DNA from: Macrostomum lignano
Taxonomy: Eukaryota
NCBI GenBank assembly: GCA_002269645.1
Contig: NIVC01001180.1
Location: 248,997 to 312,996 of the forward strand
Direction of reading: 5' to 3'
Length of the DNA stretch: 64,000 bases
A program made the translations under genes and the position numbers. This document shows positions 57,290-64,000 of the stretch, piece after piece; positions within the stretch are counted from its first letter, which is position 1; the number at the start of each line of letters is the position of its first letter. Under the pieces are notes generated by a model. That model made no database searches and had not been told where the DNA came from. It worked only from the letters and a program-made list of their open reading frames with translations.

Positions 57290-59335
57290 CGAATTCTAAA
57301 CTCATGCAAGCCATACGCCAGACATGATGCCGTTAGGTGCTGTCCCAGGCGGCGACAATGTCATTTTCGAGGCCTTTTGCAGAGCCCTGGAATCCAGGGC
57401 CATGCACCCTCACCTTGTCTGGTGGATCATGTTCATGATCCGGAACCGCACTGTCGTGGCCCACCTGAACGGCAGCTCTCTTACGGCGCCTGTCCTGCTG
57501 TCCAGGGGGGCCCCCAGGGCGGGGTTCTCACCCCGTTCTTTAGAACATGGTCATGGATGAGTTGCTTTGCAGTGATCTCCATGACCCCATTCTCAAGGTC
57601 ACATAAAGGCTATGCCGATGATGTGACCGCGATGTACGCGGGCCCCTCGGTTGATACCACCAGAGACCTTCTGCAGGGCTTTCTGAGACGAGCGGAGCGT
57701 TGGGCAAGCCAATCTGGCCTTAGACTCTCAGAGTCGAAAACCACAGCGGTCATGTTTACCAACAAACTGCTCTGGACCATGAACCCACTCACCCTCTATG
57801 GAAAGCATAATACCATGGAGAAGCAGGTCCGCTGCCTGGGTCTCACTCTGGACCACAGGTTAAACTGGACTCCGCACATTCAAACTAAAGCCAAAAAGCC
57901 CTGGTTGTCCTGGCTCAAATCAGGCGCGCCGTGGGCACCACCTGGGGGCTCACCCCCAGGAAGCTGTGCTGGATTTACACAGCCATTATCCGCCCTCGAT
58001 CAGTTACGCCAGCCTCGTATGGGCCAGCGGCCTGAGCGTCAAGAGCAACCTCGACGCTCTCTACAAAATCCAGGGCAGAGCCTGCCGCATGACTATGGGC
58101 GCTCCACCCTCATCCCTTTTGAAGGCATGAATGCATTCCTCTGGATATTTATATCAAAGGAGAGGCGGCGAAGAGCACCCGGCGTCTTCTAGATGCTGGC
58201 GTGGCTTTCAAGAAAGTGCGGGCCTTTAAGAAGCGGTCGCTTATCCCGCACTCTGACCTCTGCCTCAAGGCTCTCGAGGAGTGTGGCGGGCTCAACATCC
58301 TCACGGACTCGATCCCAGCCACCCTTCTCCTGAGCCAAAGGTACCTGGTATAAGGTCACTATTCGGCATGGTCTTTCAGGCTTCGGAGCTTGCGTCTTCT
58401 TCAAGGGAGAAGTAGTGTGGAGCTACTCCCAGCACACTGGACTCAACTCCAGTGTTTTTTCAGACCGAGGTGCTTGCCATCAGCTCCTGCGCGGCAGAGC
58501 TGCGCCGAAGGCAGCTCAGCGGTCGGAAGTTTATTTTTCACTCTGACAGCCAAGCAGCCCTTCGGGCCCTCTGCCACAGCACCACCAGCTCCAGATCTGT
58601 CCTGCAGGACTGCAATGTCCAGCTCAATGGGCTTGCGCTAGGCAACCAGGTGGAGCTCAGATGGATCCCGGGCCACGCTGGTTTCCTCGGCAGCGAGCGC
58701 GCTGACCTGCTGGCTAAGGCTGGCTCCGCCGGCGCGCTGCTGGGGCCGGGCCCAGGGGCCTTCATCCCCACCTCGGTGATCATTTCCCATGTTAAGCACT
58801 GGGCTGATTCCGAGCACCGCCGCAGGTGGCGCGACACCCGGAATTGTAGGCAATCCTGTGCTGCCGTCCCCTGCCCCTCTCCTCTCTTGCGTGAGCTCTC
58901 CTCAGGCTCAACCGCAGAGACCTCAGAGCAGTTAGCATGGCCCTCTCCAGACATGACTGTTTCTCTCGCCACCGCTTCCTTCAGGGCCAGGTACCCGAGG
59001 AGCGGTGCCCCTTTTGCGCTCTGGCAGTGAAAACGCCGAGCACTTTATCTGCCACTGCCCGGTTTCACCAGGGCCAGGCTCACTCACCCGGGGCCAAACC
59101 CGGTTCTCTCCGACGTTTGCAGGCCCGAGAGCATCCCGCTGCTCGCCCGGTACCTCAGGGACACGGGACGAGCTGACTTCTTCCCCACCGCCGGTGAGGA
59201 GGACCGCGCTGCAGGCGAGACCGACGGGTCCCTCTGAGCGACATCGCTTCGATGGAAGTCATTGGTTGCCAGGGGCTAGCGCCTCCTAGCGGCATCCGCC
59301 GGACGCCCCCTGCAGCTAAGTCAAGTAAGCCAAGT
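57290..59335 (+). mobile_element. 5'-truncated, frameshifted non-LTR retrotransposon with RT, RNase H and C-terminal CCHC (I/LOA-like)
   Basis: RT motifs PQGGVLTP, GYADD, GLRLSESKT..MF and LGLTLDHRLNWTPHI. RNase H motifs FQTEVLAI, SDSQAAL and WIPGHAGFLGSERADLLAK. CPFC/EHFICHCP knuckle and a 3' TAAGTCAAG-like short repeat. Confidence 0.9.
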
Positions 59336-59997
59336 CCCAGGCGGCAGAAAAGTCATTAAGAGTTAGTCTGAGGATCTCTTAAAGGCTCTGATAGTCATCA
59401 GCGTTTTATCTGCCGATAGATTTACACATTTCCAGACAAAAGCGAGCAAGTATTGCATACATATAGCTGCATGTATTTTCTGAGAGTTCAATAATGTAAA
59501 TAAATAGTGCATTCAGCAGTGTATAGACTTACCAGCCCAAGAATGTCTTGAACCACATCTTTGCTACCTGACCATCATGAGAGTCAGGAGTGGGGGTTCT
59601 CCTCTGGTTGAAAAAAATTAGAAGGCCGGTCTATGTTTCGTAAAATTACTAATTAAACAGGGTATTGATAAATGGCAAAGTTCTTGGTGTACATATTTTA
59701 GATCAAAACCTTAATTTAAGGATTGTTTAATTAAGTGAGTAGCATTTTTAGTACATGGAATACTAAAAAGAATCCAAAACTATCACTTTCGAGAAAAAGC
59801 AGCTGATTAGCTAGAAAACTATACTAGAAATTCTGGTACTAAACAGCACTGAAAAAAGGATAAAAGGTGGTTCTGGAGATGAAAATGTTATTTAGAAACA
59901 TTAAACATAAAAAAACAAGAACAATAATAGCAATAGGAAAAATCTATATAATAAAAGAATGTTATAGAGTAGACAGAATGAATAATTTAATATAGCC

Positions 59998-60842
59998 AGT
60001 GTTTGGCAGAGTTATTAAAAACGTTACTTTCGTTAGTGGTACAAAGTGGTAAAGGCAGCCATAGATTCCGTTAAAAATGATAAAAATAGCGTACATTTTT
60101 CAGAGAGTGAATCCCTAACTCCTTACTTGTTGAAAATAGCTACTTACAAATTTGGTGGCTTGCTCATATATTCATATCGACCATTCGGTTTTTTCGCTAT
60201 CAATTTGATTTAATTCAAAAACATCAAACTCCAAATCACCTGCAGTCAAGCATGCACACATCATACACCCTAGCTCACTCTGTCCACCAGACTGATTTTA
60301 GGGTATGGTCCTCTCAGCGTCATTCTTCACCTAAGCCAATAATGAAATGAAATGAAATGATTTCTGTTGACAATATGGATTTCTGTATGTTTTGAGAATC
60401 ATTTTTAATCATTCAAATTGAATGAGACTTAGAAAAATTGTAGATAACAAATAATAAAAGTAAAAAAGAGTAACGGAAGTGAACAAAAAGTAACGTATAG
60501 TCGTTATTGCGTTACCCTGAAGAAGTAACCATGGTTCGTTAATTGTTATAAAAGGTAACTTCCGATACCAACGGATCAACGCTTAACAACGGGACCTGCC
60601 CATGCAACACTGAATATGCGAGCGTGACTGTTAAACCAGCGTAAAATTGAAGCTGTTTCGAAAAGTACGAGCGTATAAATAATTTGAGATTCTGCAAAGC
60701 GTATATAAAAAAAAATACTGTGACAGCTTGTAATGTGAAATAGTATTCTGCTGGATTAAAAATGTACTGTTTAACTTCATGAATGAAAAAATAAGCGCAC
60801 ACAACACGCTGTGCATGAACCGGTTTTTACACCCAAATCTTG
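59998..60842. mobile_element. Possible decayed hAT-like non-autonomous element
   Basis: It begins CAGTGTTTGG and has several GTAACG/CGTTAC subterminal-like motifs; the right end is poorly defined. Confidence 0.3.
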
Positions 60843-60992
60843 GGAAAAGGTTTAGCAAAAAAAGAAATTGATGTTTTAAAAAATTTAAACTTTTTTTATT
60901 TAAACCGATTGTTTAAAATGAGTTTGTTGGTTATCAGCTTTGACTTTGCTTGTCGGGAGCTACGGTGCAGTTTCGGATATTCAGAGGAAGGA

Positions 60993-61215
60993 GGTTGCCG
61001 CCTAGTGGTTAGAGAGTCGGACTCGCGCGACTTGAAGGTCGGCGGTTCGATTCCCTATCCCATTAGAACAATATGTGTGCTTGAGCAAGACAATTAACTC
61101 TGCATTGCTTTAGCTCACTCAGCTGTAAAATGGGTGCCAGCATTAGCTGGGGTAATTGAGGGTGTATGTGGCGCCCCCCCCCCAGTCCTTGGACTGAACA
61201 GCCGTACGCAGCCTT
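60993..61215 (+). mobile_element. tRNA-derived SINE (CORE-like central domain), copy 2
   Basis: A box TAGTGGTTAG and B box GGTTCGATTCC, then GTGCTTGAGCAAGACAATTAACTC..CAGCTGTAAAATGGG and a tail shared with copy 1. Confidence 0.85.
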
Positions 61216-61400
61216 CAGATGCGCCGCGCAATAGCTGCGGCTGGGCTGTCGGTTGATTGGGCCAGGTGTAATCAATTATTAATATTACTACTAATATTAT
61301 TATTATTAGGGTGAATAAAAAAGGACAAAGACGAACGCCCTAGCTGTCAGTAGCTAATCGAAGACGAAAGCAAAAAACTAATACAACAAGGCAGTAGTCT

Positions 61401-63986
61401 CTAACCATCACCAGCAGCCAGCCGGATTTGCTCCTTGAGCGCACTAGTCAGTTCCAAGCTGAGCTGCATCAGGCGTCTGCAGTAGCCGCTGAGGTTGCCA
61501 TACCGACCGTACTGTGCCGCCGTCAGCAGCGGCGCTGGGTCAAAGTGCATCGACAAATCGCACACCGGCTGCGCCTCGAGATTTTGGTCGCCGCCAAAGT
61601 GCAGCGAGCCGCTGATGATGCGCAACTCCGGCCAAACATCTTCGGCGTCGCTGCTCGAACGGCGAAATTGACGAACAACCGACCGCTGACGCGTCACCAG
61701 GACAGTCAGCGACTTTGGCACCCGGTCGCTGATCACTACTTTGCCAGTGGTTGGATCTCGGACCAGATAGGGAAACTCTTCACCGTCTGGGAAAAGTTCC
61801 CGGTGCATGCTCGGGCGGACTGGTTCGCACGCGGCCAGGTTAATGTGCAAGTCCAGCTGCTCCAGGTAGCCGGCAGCTGCAGCTCTGCCGCTGGCATCAA
61901 CTGTGCTCGGTCGTCCGCAGAATTCGGCTTCATTGGCGCACTTTTGTCTCTGATCGACACTGCTTGAAGATTTGTTGTTCGACGCTGCTTTTCTTTGGCG
62001 TCTGCCATCTTTCTTAGTCAACTCGCTGGGAGGCATTGCAGCTGCGGCATCTACCACTTCACCACCGACACTCTGTCTGCTTGTTGCTGAGAATTCACTT
62101 TCAGGAGTCATCAAAGTGAAGTTTTTATTGGATTTCTTCTCATTCGAAAAAACGCGATCATTAGTTCTCAATGCATTCACTGCTGCACCTGAGCGTTCCG
62201 CGTCGCTTTTGGATTCTGCCAAGGATTCCACACTTTCCGTATCTATTTTAGCTTCCACTACGCCAGCTGCTTTTGGGCCGCGTTCTTGACCTCTTTGACC
62301 CCTCTGGTTGGTCTTAGCTGACGAGCCTTCGTTGCTAGTGCTGCAACCAGTTGCGACCTCGGTGAAAACTTCAGAGGAGGTTGCACCGTCGGTTGTGCTG
62401 ACATTTGTAAGATTTTCAGTTCCGCTTTTGACTTTAATGCATGCACCAATTTTCTTTCTTGATGTTCGATGTTTTAGTATACTCCAATCGATTTCTGGAC
62501 ATTTGCGCTGTTCGCAAGTAGTTTCCATGATTCCAGCGGTTGCAACAACGCCTTTTGACTTCATTTGTGTCTTACCTTGTTTGCCTGCTAAATTGCTACA
62601 GGCGCTGTCATCCATCACATTGGTGCTCTGCCTCTGCTCTGTTAAGCCTGAGCTGACCGTTTGTGTTTCAGCGGCTCCCTGAGTTTCAATGAAATCGTCT
62701 CTTCTGTCCAAAGATTGAGTTGCATCCCGAGCAGATTGTTCCGCACCAGCGAGATAATACTCATCTCCATCTTTTTTATCGCTTTTGCGCTTGCGTTTGA
62801 ATTTTCTATTCTTTTTCTGTTTGTGCGAGTTCGATTTTTCACTCGGCGCATTTTCCAATCCGATGGCTTCACTTGGACTTCCAGTTTCACAGTCAGCTGT
62901 GCTGGAGGCTGTAATCGCTGAGTTTCTCTCGCCAGGCCTATCAGAGTCTAGCACATTCATGTAAATACAATTCAGCGGTCGCTCGTAGACTCGCACTAGC
63001 TGCAATGAAAGATCATGCTGCAGGTGAGCCTGATAGGAAGCGCTCAAGCGCACGGACACCTTCCAGCCGGTCAGAGCCGGCTCTGTCTGTTTAGGAATTT
63101 CTACATAGCCTAATGATTTCAGGGCCTTCTCGTAGACTTCTACGGTTGCTCCGGTGCTAATTCGATGCAGATCCGCAACAATTCCAGCTAGAAAGCCAAC
63201 GCCTAGTTTGTATTTCTTTCGACGGTTTGGCTTCGGAGCCCGTTCCGGTTTAAGCGGCGGATGAGGCTCTTGAGATGCGCCGCCAGGAGCCGCAAGACTA
63301 ACCATTTTCTCTGCGCGATGCTTTCTAGTGGCATCGGAGGCATCGCGGCGACGAAAGTCGGGTCGCTCGCAACCCTTGCGGAACTTCTTACCGGCCGCCA
63401 GTGCTACTGCCAGCTCAGCTAGAGATATGCTACGGCGGTTGTCAGGAAGACCGTTAGTTGCGTTTAGGAAATAAACTCGGCCAACGCGAACTGAAAGTTC
63501 CAGGTCTTTTAGCATTGCAGAAACTTGGCATTCAGACCTGGATGATCGCAGGCGAGAAAACTGGCGACACATCAGAGCGAATAAGCGACGCGCGGCTTCA
63601 TCTGTCCATGATGTAAAATCAATACCATCCGTCCCGAGACACAGCGGAACGCAAACATCATGCATTTGATGCTCAACATTCACTGAGCCAAGGTGATCAA
63701 TTAGCTCGATCCGACAACTGTTTGAAAGACATCGAGTGGCCATGACGGTTCCACCTCCCTCCAAAAAGTAGCGCAAACCGTTGTTGTACTTCCTCGTCCA
63801 GCTGCCAGACAAGCCAAATCTAGCAGACAGTTCGCGGAGTTCATGTCGAAGGCGATCGATAGCTGACGGGGCTCCGATTGCCCGTATCAGAAGTCGGCGC
63901 GATCCTGTGGTCTCTTCCAGTTGTACAGAATCACATCCGGTAGTCAAGCGCAAACGTGTCTCGTGAAAGCGAAGGGATCGCAACAT
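61401..63986 (-). CDS. Uncharacterised 861-aa single-exon ORF; may have upstream exons outside the window
   Basis: A 2586-nt uninterrupted, non-repetitive, CpG-rich ORF with globular-looking N- and C-terminal parts split by a long S/T/K/E-rich region. A TTTTAAG acceptor lies 7 nt before the ATG at the window edge. No family confidently recognised. Confidence 0.75.
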   Translation of the reverse strand: MLRSLRFHETRLRLTTGCDSVQLEETTGSRRLLIRAIGAPSAIDRLRHELRELSARFGLSGSWTRKYNNGLRYFLEGGGTVMATRCLSNSCRIELIDHLGSVNVEHQMHDVCVPLCLGTDGIDFTSWTDEAARRLFALMCRQFSRLRSSRSECQVSAMLKDLELSVRVGRVYFLNATNGLPDNRRSISLAELAVALAAGKKFRKGCERPDFRRRDASDATRKHRAEKMVSLAAPGGASQEPHPPLKPERAPKPNRRKKYKLGVGFLAGIVADLHRISTGATVEVYEKALKSLGYVEIPKQTEPALTGWKVSVRLSASYQAHLQHDLSLQLVRVYERPLNCIYMNVLDSDRPGERNSAITASSTADCETGSPSEAIGLENAPSEKSNSHKQKKNRKFKRKRKSDKKDGDEYYLAGAEQSARDATQSLDRRDDFIETQGAAETQTVSSGLTEQRQSTNVMDDSACSNLAGKQGKTQMKSKGVVATAGIMETTCEQRKCPEIDWSILKHRTSRKKIGACIKVKSGTENLTNVSTTDGATSSEVFTEVATGCSTSNEGSSAKTNQRGQRGQERGPKAAGVVEAKIDTESVESLAESKSDAERSGAAVNALRTNDRVFSNEKKSNKNFTLMTPESEFSATSRQSVGGEVVDAAAAMPPSELTKKDGRRQRKAASNNKSSSSVDQRQKCANEAEFCGRPSTVDASGRAAAAGYLEQLDLHINLAACEPVRPSMHRELFPDGEEFPYLVRDPTTGKVVISDRVPKSLTVLVTRQRSVVRQFRRSSSDAEDVWPELRIISGSLHFGGDQNLEAQPVCDLSMHFDPAPLLTAAQYGRYGNLSGYCRRLMQLSLELTSALKEQIRLAAGDG

Positions 63987-64000
63987 TTCAGTGCTTAAAA

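Noticed and set aside
60995-61070. tRNA gene
   Set aside because: The head continues into a body shared with the 49.4-kb copy and lacks a proper acceptor stem, so it is a SINE.

Overview
Eukaryotic (animal) genomic DNA. The GC/CpG-rich exons, minisatellite-filled introns and closely spaced co-oriented genes with splice acceptors just before their ATGs resemble a trans-splicing flatworm such as Macrostomum; the species is inferred, not shown. Five host genes could be modelled by hand in two divergent clusters. Minus strand: DNAJC9 (2 exons), then HEATR6 (10 exons). Plus strand: PPAN (3 exons), an intronless claudin/PMP22-like gene, and CEBPZ/Noc1 (5 exons). An unassigned 861-aa single-exon ORF lies at the right edge. 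Most introns and every spacer within the clusters carry their own unrelated tandem repeat. The flanks are transposon-rich: a near-intact Crypton-type tyrosine recombinase element, three Gypsy remnants, a LINE with RNase H, tRNA-derived SINEs, non-autonomous TIR elements, a THAP remnant and an HSP70 pseudogene fragment. The most unusual signal is mutational. Old repeats have lost almost all CpG and also show recurrent CAG>TAG and CTG>CTA changes with strong CTAG excess, resembling RIP-like or non-CG-methylation-driven hypermutation. All protein identifications come from remembered family motifs and all counts are manual; no database search was run.
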